Shown here piece after piece: positions 40,271-53,559 of a DNA stretch of 64,000 nt. The notes beneath the pieces were generated by a model. That model was given only the letters and a program-made list of their open reading frames with translations, was not told the origin of the DNA and did no database searches. Every line of letters starts with the position of its first letter. The stretch's first letter is position 1. The position numbers were made by a program, and so were the translations under genes. The stretch is from positions 3,784,001 through 3,848,000 of the forward strand of contig NC_045698.1 of the NCBI RefSeq assembly GCF_009834535.1, read 5' to 3'. This DNA comes from Camelus ferus (Eukaryota).

Positions 40271-40675
40271 TCGCCGTAAACAAACTGGAAAATGAATGAA
40301 AAGCCAAGGGATGTGTTTGCGACACACCGCTATTTCAGAGGAACAGAGTTAATATCCTTCTTGTCGAAAAGATTTTTAGGACTTGTGAAGACATGTTTAG
40401 CCACAAAAAGAGACAAAAAATGTAGCAACGTTCATAAATGGTCCTTCCAGAGAAGTTGAAATACAAATGGCCAAAGGCAAAGAGAAAAGTGTTCCATCTC
40501 AATAATGTTTAAGTAAATACAATGTACACACCAGTGAAACCCATTTTCTCCATCTCAGCTTGGCACCAGGCAGGTGAGCCCCACTGCTAAGAGTGTGTGA
40601 GGAAAGAGGCACTCTCACACAGCGCTCGGGGGGGTGGCTGGATACCAGTTTGGTATATACATACATTTATAGCCA

Positions 40676-40775
40676 AATATACACACACACACACACACAC
40701 ACACATATTTGGTATTATATATGTATATGTATTTAGCTATAAATACATACATGTTTTTGTATGTGTTTGTGTGTT
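40676..40775. repeat. (CA)n microsatellite followed by TA/TG-rich sequence
   Basis: The tandem dinucleotides are directly visible. Confidence 0.9.
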
Positions 40776-40917
40776 TTAAGTTTTAAAATGTAATTTCCCA
40801 TTGGTCTTATTTTCCCTAATGGAATCGTTGCTGATGAAAACAAAACCAAGTTCACATTACAGGGATGATATTAAAACTCTGTTTATAAAAGTCAATATTA
40901 AATAAAAATCTCTCTTC

Positions 40918-41687
40918 AAAAAGTAGTACATACTTCTTTCTCTTTCTGGCTTACTTCACTTAGAATGACATTCTCCAGAAGCATCCATGTTGCTGTAAAT
41001 GGCATTATGTTGTCTGTTTTTATGGCTGAGTAGTATTCCATTGTGTAAATATATCACATCTTCTTTATCCAGTCACCTGTTGATGGACATTTAGGCTGTT
41101 TCCATGTCTTGGCTATTGTAAATAGTGCTGCTATGAACACTGGGGTGCAGTGTCATTTTGAAGTAGGGTGCCATCTGGATATAAGCCCAGGAGTGGGATT
41201 CCTGGGTCATATGGTAGGTCTATTCCTAGTCTTTTGAGGAATCTCCACACTGTTTTCCACAGTGGCTGCACCAAACTGCATTCCCACCAGCAGTGTAGGA
41301 GGGTTCCCCTTTCTCCACATATGAGATCGCTCATATCTGGAACCTAAAAACCAAAACCAAAAACAACAACAAAAAAAACAAAGCACAAATACAGAACAGA
41401 AATAGACTCATAGACATAGAACACAAACTTGTGGTTGCCAAGAGGGTGGAGGGTGGGAAGGGATAGATGGGATTTCAAAATTGTAGAATAGATAAACAAG
41501 ATTATACTGTATAGCACAGGGAAATATACACAAAATCTTATGGTAGCTCACAGAGAAAAAAATGTGACAATGAATATATATATGTTCATGCATAACTGAA
41601 AAATTGTGCTGAACACTGGAATTTGACACAACATTGTAAAGTGATTATAAATCAATAAAAAATGTTAAAAAAAAAGTAGTACATACT
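40918..41687 (+). mobile_element. young L1 with 5' inversion (twin priming) and perfect 17-bp TSD
   Basis: TSD AAAAAGTAGTACATACT at 40918-40934 and 41671-41687. Segment 40935-~41318 is antisense L1 (ORF 41131-41334 on minus: [24 protein letters not shown]). Segment ~41318-41670 is the sense 3' UTR with AATAAA and an A-tail. Confidence 0.95.
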
Positions 41688-41837
41688 AATAAATCAGCTT
41701 TGGTTTAGCCATAAAATAAGATACTATGCCACTATTAAAAATAAAGATGCCTGTATTTTTTTTGACATGGGAAAATTTTGTTATATAATAATGGGTGAAA
41801 AGAGAACATCCAAACAAAATCATGGCATGATCCCCTG

Positions 41838-42058
41838 AGTGTGCGTATGTGTGTGTGCGTGTGTGTGTATGTGTGCATGTGTGTGTGTGGATGTGTCCGT
41901 GCGTCACTGGGTATCACTGTATATGAGTGTGATTGTGCACAGGTGTGAGCATATACGTGTGTGTAAGTGGATATGTGAGTGCTTGTGTGCATGGGAGTGT
42001 GTGTTGTGTGTAAGAACATGTGTGGGAATGCAACCGTGAGTACATGTGTGTGTGTGTT
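41838..42058. repeat. degenerate (TG)n simple repeat
   Basis: A ~220-bp TG-rich tract is directly visible. Confidence 0.9.
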
Positions 42059-45000
42059 ATTTTCTTTATACTTTGTCTGTATTCTTCAAAATGTTTTCAT
42101 AATGAGTGTGTATTTCTTTCTAATCAGAGAGAACCATAGAAGTCTCCCTCAGGGAGAAAATAAACTTAATACACACAGAACATGGCGTTCATACAGAGAC
42201 CTGAGCTGAGCAGTTCAGTGGAAATACAACCTTGGAGAGAGATGGTGTTGTCTTGATGTCTAATTATAAGAACAAGGAGTTGATTCCAGAATATAAGATG
42301 CACAAGTCAATGCAGAAAATGAGACGGAGAACAAACGCTCACAACAGACAAAGGAACGGCGGTTCCTGTTCTCAGAGGGAGCAAACAACCTTGCCTGAGC
42401 ACCTGCCTCCCCATCAGTCTAATGGCAACGTGGGAGAGTTTATTTGGTTTTTAGCGTCACAGGGTCCAGTTCAAGACCTTCATTACAGGGCTGGTGAGCA
42501 TGCGCCCTGCGTCTGTGTCTCCAGGGGGTGAGCGTGAGACACAGCCTCCAGCGTGGCACTGACCTTGAGAAAGCCCTCGGCAGCTAGGCGCCGTCCCCAC
42601 CCGCTGCGGCGTGAGGCCGCAGGGAGCGGGCACTGCATCGGCAGACCTGCGCTGCCCGGAGTTCTGTCTGGCTTCCATCAGCGGGACCTGCTGACTTGTA
42701 AATTAGTTTCTGTGGGTGGGGATATGAGCATGTGCTCCAGTTGAAAAAATTAGGGCGTGGAGCTTATAAGCCCCTGCCCGGAGTTTCTGATTCTCCTTCC
42801 CCCAAAGATGTCAGAGCTCGTGACTTAAGGAGCACAGAGAACGGAGTCTGCATGACACGTGGCCTCCGCCCAACAGGCACCTCGCACTGGGGCGTGACTC
42901 AGCATGTTTACGGGTTCTCCTAATCCCGACTCTGTCTTCCCGGGTTCCTGGACCACTTAGCCATCTTTTCATTTCACACTGAAGGGGTTTCCTGATAACT
43001 TCATCAGACATTCACTTTCCTCCCTGCTCCCCAAACGTCTGGAGAGCCCAGTAATCAATAAATCAATAAACCAATTACCGATAAAGTCTTTACCCAGTGG
43101 CGGCTCCTGATTTTCTATATAATGGAGGAGTGTTCTGTCCAAAGGATAGGAGAGGGGATGGGGCTGTTTTAGAAGCTGTGAATGCATTTGACCACAATGG
43201 CCCGGGTGTGCTGAGCAGAACAGTGGGGCCAGAGCTCTGTCTGTCTCTCTCCTTTCTTGCAGCCGCTCACTTTGGTGCAGAGCCGGGGACAAGCAAAGAT
43301 CAGGCAAGAAGACCACAGACTGTCAGCGCTTCTCAGAACACAAATGTGGGCTGTTTATGGACAGACCCACCAGAGGAAGGTTATTTGATGCATCCTGGTA
43401 CTGTGTCTGTTCAGCAGAACTCATGATCTTGTGCAAATGGTGTCTCATTAAGATGGAAGATACCGGCCGAGCTCTCCCTGATGTTCTGGGAGGTTAGCAC
43501 ATGGCGCGTCTGTTAGGGCGACAGCACACACTGCACAGAGCACAAGGGATGCCCAGTAAACAGCCGGCAGCAGCGTCCAGCGCTTCTGTCCTAACTCGCA
43601 CAGTCCTGGGCAGTGGAGGGAAGTGGTGTCACACAAACGCTGTCTCGTTAATTCCTCCCAGGGTCCCCATCACACCAGACAGGAGACGTGATGCAGCTGC
43701 TTGACAACTTTTATGTCCCAGCATCACGATGCTCTTTAGGGGGTCCAGCTGGGGAGACCACCTGGGACCTTGGCCTCATTTGCCCAAGGACACCCCCACG
43801 CTTCCAGCTCTATTCCCACTCCCCTGCCGCCCATTACTTTGGCTCACAGTTGGACAAGAATATCCCAGGCTAACCGTTTAAAATCAGGTACAAAGTAAGA
43901 GACAGCCCTTCCCAAGCAACAGAAACCATGCTCTCAGTCATGCAGGGACTGATTTTGCAAAGATGCTGTGAAGGTAATCTATAGAGAGTGAGAGATCAGA
44001 GGGCAAAAAGGGATTGGCACATAGCCACCACACACTCTCCCAGTACTTGGCTCTGGGGGGAGCAGCTACCAGCCTGTCAGAGCTGCTCCCACCCCTGGAA
44101 CAGTGATGGAGGCGTTTATGTTTCTTCCCTCGACAGCGACTCCTGTTAGCCGGCATCTGCTGCAGAGGTTTTCTTCCGCCGTCAGTGTCTCCCTGGGAGC
44201 AATCAATGTAATGAGATTATGTTAATGTCTTCATTGGATGAGGAAACCTTTCTTAACAGCCAGAAACTAAACATCTAATGAACTCTTCCAAGGATGGATA
44301 AAAGGCATTTCTGTATGTTCTTCAGGTTATCACTTATTTCTCCTATTTTAGAAAAAGATTACAGCAGATTATAATTAATTCACTATAAAATCATTCCAAG
44401 CAAAAATAAATAAATACATAAAACAAGGTGAAGAGAAGACAGGACAGTAATTCACTGGCTGCAATGGAAGAAAGTAACAGTCAGATTCTGACCCGTAAGC
44501 TCTTTGTGCAGGAAGGTCCTCAGATTCAGAATGTGTGAGGCTACTGAGCAGAGGCTGGGCTGGGGCTTTCCAGAGCCGGAGGTCATGGGGGCCCCCAGGC
44601 AAGATGGTCTCTTCTGTCTTGAACACAGCGATAAGAGGGACAGATGTCACCTGCGGTGGGTGGGGAACGAAGCCGGAGCAGCCTTGGGTGGACCCTCTGC
44701 CTGCCCATGAGTCATCACGAGGACGGGGCACACCGTGGGTGCTGAGACAGGTCATTGAACAAGGAGCCTGAAGGAGGAGTGGAAGGTACTCCTCACTGAA
44801 GTTCCCACGGACGTGGTCCCTAAATCAGGTGTGGGGAGGAGAGCTGACCATCGGCAGAGGGCGAGGGCTGCTCTCAGGCCCCATGAATGGGGCCCAAGGA
44901 GCTGCCGACGGTCGGGGTGGGGGAGGTAGATATGAGACATCGTAGGTGCAGGACCTCGTCCTGACCCCCTGTGGGGTGCCTGATGGCTGTGGTCAGCAGG

Positions 45001-46159
45001 GCAGTGCCCGAAACGTGCAGGGACAGATGTGCGAGGGTTCTCTCTAGGGAGGGTTCCTTGTGCAAAGGGTGAACCCAACGTCATTGCCAGTGGAAGGTCA
45101 GGAGCCTGTGGCAGGGCTGGTCACACCTCCAGGCAGACCATGTGAACCAGCGGGTGACTCGTAAGGACAGAAACTCCTGCTCCCTGCAGGGCTGAAGGCT
45201 TTAGTCTCCTGGCCCCTAAGGAGCCGTGGGGTTCCCTCGTGAGTCAGGACCCACGCCTGCGACACGGTTCCCAGCACTGTGTGATGACCCCGACTTCACA
45301 AGCTTGCTGTGAGTGGGGCGCGGCGTGAACGGGCTGAGAACAGGAGCTGCTCGTGGCCAGAAGCCCTGTTAATAGGGCCTCAGCGGGTGGAAAAGCAGGG
45401 GTCGGCTCTGCTTCAGACCCTCATGTCCGTTTAGTTACCCCCCTGTCTTCCTGGCTACACTCAATCCTGTGCTTAAATGCACGTTTCTTCCCTCTTGTTT
45501 TCTCTGCCCAGACGGAGCTGACGTCAGCAGTCAGCTCCTGGTCGATTGACCTCGTTCACTTCTGCTCACTGACCCTGCCGTCCTTCCCCTCTTCCTTCGT
45601 CATAGATGACCCGCTCACCCAGGCGTCCCACCTCACTGTAAGTCAGGCACACAGGGAGGAATCAATAAGCCCTAATTAGTTATTGTTATTTCAACAGAAA
45701 GTAATTATGGCAGACCAAGAGCCAAGACGATTCAGCAAACTCAACGTTCGTTAAAAGGTATCTTGCATCCTACTGGGCTCAATGTCTTGTAGAAAGAAAA
45801 TACATTTTAATCAGAGGTCCCACCGTGGGATTCTGGCTCTGGTTACTGCTTATGAGACACGTGACTTTCTTAGGCTCCGTCTCCTCATTTAAAATGCGAA
45901 GGACATGCCCAGCTCTCAGGATGTGACTCGAGAATGAGAATTCAGTACCTGAGTCAGAGGACTGACCAGACGCAGCGGCAGCCCTGCTGTCGGGGGGCTG
46001 GTCGCTCCTGCCATTTGTCCAGAGCTCCTGAAAGTTACCTCACTTAGCATCACACCTTTTGGTAGAGATGGAGAGGTTTATTTTGATCAGACAATAGACT
46101 TTGGGAAACAGAATCCGTTGATTGTGGCTCCTTTGCCAGCCCTGACACGTGGCTCACGG

Positions 46160-46412
46160 CAATGTGGGGAGGGACAAATTGGAAGTTCGGGATTTGCAGA
46201 TACACACGACTTGTATATACAATAAACAAACAGCAAAATCCTACTATATAGCACGTGGAACTATATTCAATATCTTTTAATGACCTATAATGGAAATGAA
46301 TATGAAAAAGAATATACATATAAATGTAGAACTGAATCACTTTTCTGTACACCAGAAACTAACACAGTATTGTAAAGCAACTGTATTTCAATTTAAAAAA
46401 AAAAATTAAAAA
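46160..46412 (+). mobile_element. 5'-truncated L1 3' UTR
   Basis: Runs 'ggagggacaaattggaagttcgggatttgcagata...aactatattcaatatctt...ctgtacaccagaaactaacac' and ends in an A-tail. Confidence 0.9.
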
Positions 46413-49400
46413 CTGAAGAAAAAGGCTTTGGATTGGTCAGAGAGAAGGAGCTACTCACACCACACTCTCTCAAGTGAAGGGTCTGAAGGGTTTGCAGCTA
46501 GAGCCACAGAGCTTTCCTGAGATGTAACAACGCAGCTGAAGCCACAACAAAGAGGCTGACCTTGCTCCTGCCCAGACGAGGGTTACCAGACGACACTGCT
46601 GTGACAAGTGACAAATACGAAATTCTCATTTTTAGGTGTTTATGTGTATGCTGCTCATTTGCTTACGGAATCAAGAGCTCAAGGCAGCTTTTACACAACA
46701 TGAGGTGTTCATTCAAAACTCTGATTTTAAATTTAAGCACCTCTCCTGCAGGAACAGTCAAGTTTTGCTGCAAAGTTCTATGGACGACACTTATGGGTTC
46801 CCATTTTACTTAGAGCGATAGGTGGGCCTCAGAAAATAATAGGATCACAACGTACAAATTCACTCAGTTTGGCAGAAATTTCGAAATTGCTGTAAGGTGT
46901 CTTAAACTAGAGAGCCACACCGGTAGCCACAACACGTACTGTCAACTTCTTAAACGTGTTACTCACTCATTCATACTATCAGCCGTGCTGAGTGTGGGGC
47001 ATCGTACTAATCCTGAAAATGCAGACGTGAGTAACGGCTAGAGCGTCAAGGGTCAAGGTCGAGCTGGAAGTGAGACAAATCAGCCCAGACGCCAGTGCCA
47101 GAACCTGAGACGTCTGTGTGGGTGTGGCGGTGCCTCACAGGAGGGGGGCCTTCTCCTCTCTCTCTGCAAATGTGACACTACACAGGTGTTTAAAAGTGTA
47201 TATAATATACTTAAAACTTTTCTGAGGTCAAAATGAGCATTTAAAATATAACCAAAACTTCTAACTTGGTGGTTTAAAAAAAACCCTCTTTTTTATATGA
47301 TTATTTTGAATGAACATCTTTTTATGTTTTATCTTCTCATTGCATTTTATCCTCTGTGAACTGCTCATTTACAGTCCTATTTTCCTTCGGATAATTTTGC
47401 TTCCTTCCTATACACCTGGATGAAGTCTTCATATTAAGGATGTTAACATTTTCTTTTCCCATCAGATGTGAACCTTTTCCCCTATGTTTTTCTCGGACAC
47501 GTCAAACTCATTCAAGAGTCAGGGTTTGCATGGCTGTTCGCTCTGCCTAGAAGATGTAGGTTGATGGACTCCTATCTTACCCAAAGGGCTACAGTCTGGA
47601 ACACTTAGAATGTATGCTGGCGAATTATCCCACACTGGCCAGCAGGATCCCCTTCAAACTGGAACATGTCCGTCATTCTGGAAGAGCCAATAGCTCAGCA
47701 GCAATGCTGAGGCTGAGATGCCCATGAGGAGCACCTCTGTCTGCTTCTCTCCCCCCTTTCCCCTCCTCTGGCACAGTGCGTGGTGCATGGGAGGCCCTCA
47801 ATGAGTGCTTTTGAGTGGACAATTGACACATGAGTGAATGTCCGTGTTGACTCCCCTAAATCGCCCTTTCTTTTCTCATCTACTCATCCTCTGGAGAGCC
47901 CTGCAGCTTCCTCAGGCAGACTGGACCCGCCCTTGGGAAGCCTCCCATGTTCCCTGAACGTGCCCCTGTCATGACACAGGATGGCAACCTAGGCATTCAT
48001 TTCTATTCTCCTATGATACATTCGAAGCATAAGGCCAATGTCTGTGTCTTATCTGTGTTTGCATCACCAGCAAATGTTATAGTACCTGGCGTGTCCAACC
48101 TCTGGAACAATCCACCTAATGAGAAGACTCAAGAGACAAGCACCAAGGTGCTAAAACCAGACCCTGTTGCCCTGCTGTATGCACTGGGCTCCATGACTCA
48201 CAGGATCATGGTGCAGAGGACCAGCCAGCCCTGGTTTCTGATGGCCCAGCTCTGCAGAGAGCTGGCAGGATTTGGGGTGAGGACACCTTGTCCTCCACTG
48301 AAGACATGTGAGGAAGCCATTGACCGGAGGGACTGGGGACTGTCCTAAGTGGGAACTTCTCCCAGGAGAAGGGAGAGGTAATCGGACAGACTTGACCCAA
48401 TGTCAATGCAAAGGAGCCGTCAGGGTCCGTCATTCTGACAATCCCGCACTGCAGCCCCAACCAGCTCACCTTGTGTGAGCCCTTCGGGGCACGTGGCTGT
48501 TGGTGGAAGTGAAAATGAAAGTTTCTGACTGCCTTGTCAGGTATCTTGTCCTTGAACAGGGAGTCCGGGGTTTTAGACACCTGCCTAGAAAACAACACAA
48601 ATAAAAACCCAGACAGAGCCAGGCTCCTCCTCACTGTGTATCTTCTGGTTTCATCCTAATTCCTGATAAACTTGGTCAACAGCGATTTGAGATACTTCAG
48701 CTTTTAATTTCTCCATCTATTTAATGATCTCAGAATAAACATTTGCAAAGACAGTACTTAAGGGAGCCCTGCTGTCCTTTTGTAAGAAGATGACTCCGAC
48801 TCCTTTATTACAAAGGGTAAATTCACCCTTAAGTTGTCTTTTGGATAGCCAAATGCTGATACCTTGTATTCTGCTGGAAAATGTAAAATGCTCCTTTGTC
48901 CCACAGAAGAAAAGGGCAGTTTTACACAAAGATTCCTTCTCCTAATGCCTATTAGGATGACACTAGCTAGCTAGCTGAGGGCAACCCGAAAATATGAAAA
49001 ACACCCTGCAGCTTTGACCTTGGAAGCCTCCAGAACATCAGAGAAGGTGCCAGGTGGGAGCAGAAAAGCCCTGTTGGAGTGGCCAGCGAGAGCCTGGGGC
49101 TCAGCATGAGGACAGGACAAGGCCAGTGAGGCCGCATAGCCGGCTTTGTCTCACTGACCGATCTTGGCTCCTAACACGGATGACACCCCCAGCCCAGGGG
49201 CCCCAGATACGCTTGGAGGGTCTGAGGTTCTGCGAGTGATTTCTGGGAGGGGGCCCCTCCGGGACCCTCAAGAAGTCTGGCACACTATTGATGGGTGATT
49301 TCTTAGACATTTTTAGCCTTTAGTAATTATGAGTGTGATTTTTCTATTTCATTTTGTAATTGGTTATTATTGGTGGAAATAGAAGTACAACTGATTTTTG

Positions 49401-50011
49401 TATGTTTCTATGTTTTACAGCAATCTTGCTGAACTATCTTTTTCTGCCTTCCCTGGCAAAGAAAACATTGTGCTTGTGGATAAAGATTTTTGGGTCTTGT
49501 AATATTGTAGCTGCACCTCCCTGTTCTTTTAATTGCTACCCTTGCTTTTACACTATGTCTGTTTAACAGTGACTAGTTAGCCATCATTTATGCCTTCTCG
49601 CTGGGGCGTTAACTACTGTTGAACACCTCCACGCTGTTAGCATGGTTTGGAGTTTAAAATCAACTTGTTAACCACAAAGTTTGCTGTTAATATTTTATAT
49701 AAATAGCTAATTCCATTTATTACATGTTTCATTAATGTTTCTCTTGTATCCCACAATCTCCCTCTCAGTTTTTTTTTTCTTTTTCTAAAGTTCATCCCCT
49801 AGTAGCTAGCTTGAAAATACTAGGAGGAGGATTATTTTCCTCAGGCTTTTTAGTTATTAGACTCTTGCATTTTGGTGTCTTCTTTGATGAGAACAAAGCC
49901 TGCTGGGAATTTAGTTGTTATTCTGAGATAGGGTGTCAGTCTTTTCTTTGGCACTTTCAGAGATTTTCTCTTTATCTTTGGTGTATTGGATTATCTCTTT
50001 AAAATATGACT

Positions 50012-50322
50012 AGAATATATATATATTACATAAATAATGCATATTATTATATATTATAAATTATATAATAAATTATAACAAATCGTTATACATTATATAC
50101 TATTATTATAAATTGCATGCTACATAATTATACTGTGTAAATGATAAATATATAAATATAAATTATATGATTGTTAATGATACATATTATGTATTATTAT
50201 ATATAGTATTATATTATGTATTATATGCAATACATATCCTCATATGCTCAAAGTTTCAAGGTTATATAAACTATATAATATACTATGTAATATGACATAT
50301 ATTATTATTATTATATAGAGTA
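50012..50322. repeat. AT-rich low-complexity (TA/TAT) tract
   Basis: About 310 bp of predominantly A/T sequence made of degenerate TATA/TATTA units. Confidence 0.9.
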
Positions 50323-50757
50323 TACGCTCAATCTGAAGACCCGTGCCTTCTTGAACTCAGGAAGACTTAAGCAGGACCACTTCTCTGCGATTTCCTCTAC
50401 ACACTCTTCTGAAGCACTTACGACCTGTACCTGGAAGCTTCTCACTCTGTCCTCCAGGTCTCTTAACTATAAACACACACACACAGAGCACGGCGCAGAA
50501 TCGCACACACGTTCGTTTCCTTGTCTCCTGCCTCCTCCTGCTTCCTTCCGTGTAAGTGTCTGAGGACTGTCTTCTAACTACCTGGTTCTCTCTTTTACTG
50601 TGTTCAGTTGTGAGATACGCTAACCTATTCTGAGTTATTTCAGTGTCTACATGTTTTAATTTTGAATATTTCTAATTATTTTTACCTGTATCTCTTTTCC
50701 ATTTTACCTCTGTCAGTTACTTTATTTATAATTTCTTGTTCTTTTAAAAGTTAGACT

Positions 50758-51020
50758 TTTGGTTATTACAGGGTGTTGAATATAGTTCCCTGTGCAGTTT
50801 GGTGCAGCCATTATGGAAAACAGTATGGAGATTCCTTAAAAAACTAAAACTAGACTTTACTATATGATCCAGCAATCCCACTCCTGGGCGTGTACCCAGA
50901 GGGAACTCTAATTCCAAAAGACACCTGCACCCCAGTGTTCACAGCAGCACTATTTACAACAGCCAAGACATGGAAACAGCCTAAATGTCCACTGACAGAT
51001 GAACAGATAAGGAAAAAAAG
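50758..51020. mobile_element. rearranged young L1 fragment (short antisense 3' UTR piece joined to a sense ORF2-end piece)
   Basis: Segment 50761-50795 'ggttattacagggtgttgaatatagttccctgtgc' is antisense 3' UTR. Segment 50796-51012 'tttggtgcagccattatggaaaacagtatggag...' is sense L1. Confidence 0.8.
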
Positions 51021-51224
51021 ATGTATTTTTTAAAATTAGTCTTTGAGTAGTCGGTGGATACTTTAAAGTCTTAGAATATTCGGTACATTCATTTTATTTG
51101 GAGTGGATTCATTTTCCAATTGTTGATTTTGTGAGCTGCATTTCTTAGCAGTGTATTTTTTCACGTGCTTGATATTTTGGTTTGCAACGTTTAGAGTGGA
51201 AGGTTTAGGCTAGTTATGAGTTCT

Positions 51225-51410
51225 CTCCATCCTCTCCCCAACCCTTCTCATCTGTCTCCTCCTCAACCTCCCCTCCTCACCTCCTGTATTTCCCTTTCTC
51301 CTCCTCCTCCTACCTCTGTCTCTGTCTGTCTGTCTGTCTGTCTCTGTCTCTCTCTGTCTCACCCCCACCCGCTTCCTCTCCCTGACTCCTTCCCTCTCTC
51401 AGTCTGTATT
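51225..51410. repeat. pyrimidine-rich tract with (TCTG)n/(CCT)n units
   Basis: The tract is directly visible. Confidence 0.8.
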
Positions 51411-53559
51411 CAACTCTCCTTTCACCACAGATTTGAGGGTTGCTTCCACTTAGCACCCTTGGCCCCTAGAGTAGAATCAGATGTGGAGTCGCACTTGGAA
51501 GGCCCTTCCCTGGTGATACCGGGGGTTGTGCAGACCAGCCCTTCAGCCAGAGGCCAGACGGCGCAACTCAGTCTCAAGGCCACATCTCTGCTTGCCTGCA
51601 TTTTGGGGCCCACGCTGACTAGAAGGAGTGCCCATCCCCAGCAGCAACTTTAGTTTCCTTTATTCTGCAGGAGCTGGACGTCAGTCTCTGCACGCTGCTT
51701 CCAGACTCCAGCCCAGTAGCCCTGGCCCTGTCCCTGCGCTGCGTCTTTGCTCTGCAGAGTCTTTGTGCCATTTTCGAGTCCACACGCGTCTTTCAGATTT
51801 TCTCTTTCTCTATTTTATCTATAGCTTCTTTGTGTCTGGAGCAACTGGTGAATGCAGAGGAACCTTGCAAAGAAATATTTCCCATTATTTAAAGAAGGTA
51901 CAGGTAAGTTATCTGATCATCATGACTATCCCTAGGATGCTGCTTGGAAGAACACAAGGCTTTTAGAGAAATTTCCTTCTTTTAAATGCATTTGAATTTA
52001 AAATACTTTCATTGAGGATTTACATTTTTCTAGGGAAGAAGAAAAATGGAACAACGTTGGTTTGTTATTATATAAAATCCACATCTTACATCAAGTCGAA
52101 GTGAAAACTTGAAACTTGTTGGGCTGTAAGAAAAAATACAGGCTCACAGGTGGCCCAGAGCTGCGGGCAGGGGATGCGAAGAGATGCTGGGGGGCCAGCG
52201 CGCTGCTCCCGGCCGTCACAGACTGATGGAGCTAGTCCGTCCGGGAATCCTTGCAAACACCCGGAGAATATTCTTTCTTCCCCAGCAGCCACGGCCTGTT
52301 CTTCTCCTTCCAGCTTTGCTCAGTCAGGCCTTCCTTGTGCCCTCACCTGGCCTAAAATTGCCACTCCTGTCCCAGCCCCCTCTACCCTGCTACCTTGTTC
52401 ATCATTTTCCTCCACAGAACTTAATGCCATCAGACATTTTACGTATTTTGCTTATTTACTGTTTTACTGTCTGTCTTTTCCCAGCAGTTCTCCTCCCAGC
52501 AGGGCGTGGAGGAAAAGTGGGCAGCGGTCCCTGCTGAGAGCCATCCGGCCTCCAGGATGGGGTGAGCCGGCCGACCCCACGTTGTTGGCAGAGACGGGGG
52601 CAGACAGATACGTGGGATCCGCCACGTGAACGTCACAGTTTAGATCCCTGGAGTTTTGGGTCAACTACCATTACCCACTTGAAAAACAGTTTCTGGCCTT
52701 CTGTTGGGACACCGTGTGCCTCGGGGACCACTGCCAGTCCTGACCGGGGTGTTGTTTTGTCCGATAAGCCACACACTCGGTGTTCCAGCAGTGTCTCACT
52801 GTGAGAGGTCCAGCAGAGGAAGCTCCCAGTGTTTCCGGAGAGCAGGGGTCTCTCCTGAGTGGCGCCCTCGGGTAGGGAGGTGGGGTTTCTCCCATTTGTC
52901 CTGGAACAGGGCAGCGGCGCGGAGAGGCTTTAATTGCAGAGTCAGCATCCTCGTCACAGGTGAGAGTGAGGCAGAGCCTCGTAGGAAGCTGTGACCCCAT
53001 TCATTCCGGCTGCTGGCAGGGACTGAAGGGCATGCTGACAGAAGCAGGCAGGGCAGGGGCACCGACGGTGTCGGTGTGCGAGTACACGCAGGGCAGCGGG
53101 CTGCAGGTCACAGGTCGGTGCAGGGGTCTGGGGGTGCGATGACTGGGTGGGTGGCAGGACACAGGCCAGCATGGCCAGCTCAGGGCTGGGCTCCTTGGCA
53201 CCCATCCCGGAGCACCTGTGTCTCAAAGACAGAGAATCAATCTGATTTAGTTATCTGCTCAGACCAGGCACTGCTTTTCTTCAAATGTTGTAAGTCAACA
53301 ATGTATAAACACAAAAGGGTTTGGAGTTTGCATAGTCCTTACCCCAGTTCTCAAAATACTTGCTTATGTATTAAATCTAACAGGACCTTAAAAACATGGG
53401 TAAAAAAGGTGAATTGCTATGTATTGTTCTTGTAAGAAAATGGAATGATTTTCTCAGTAGGTTAGGAAAATCACTAGGCTTCGCCTTTAACCTGTTAACG
53501 CTGCGAACAACATCAGTTGCCTTTTTAACGTCAAATCCTCCTTCAGTTCCTGTAGTAAG

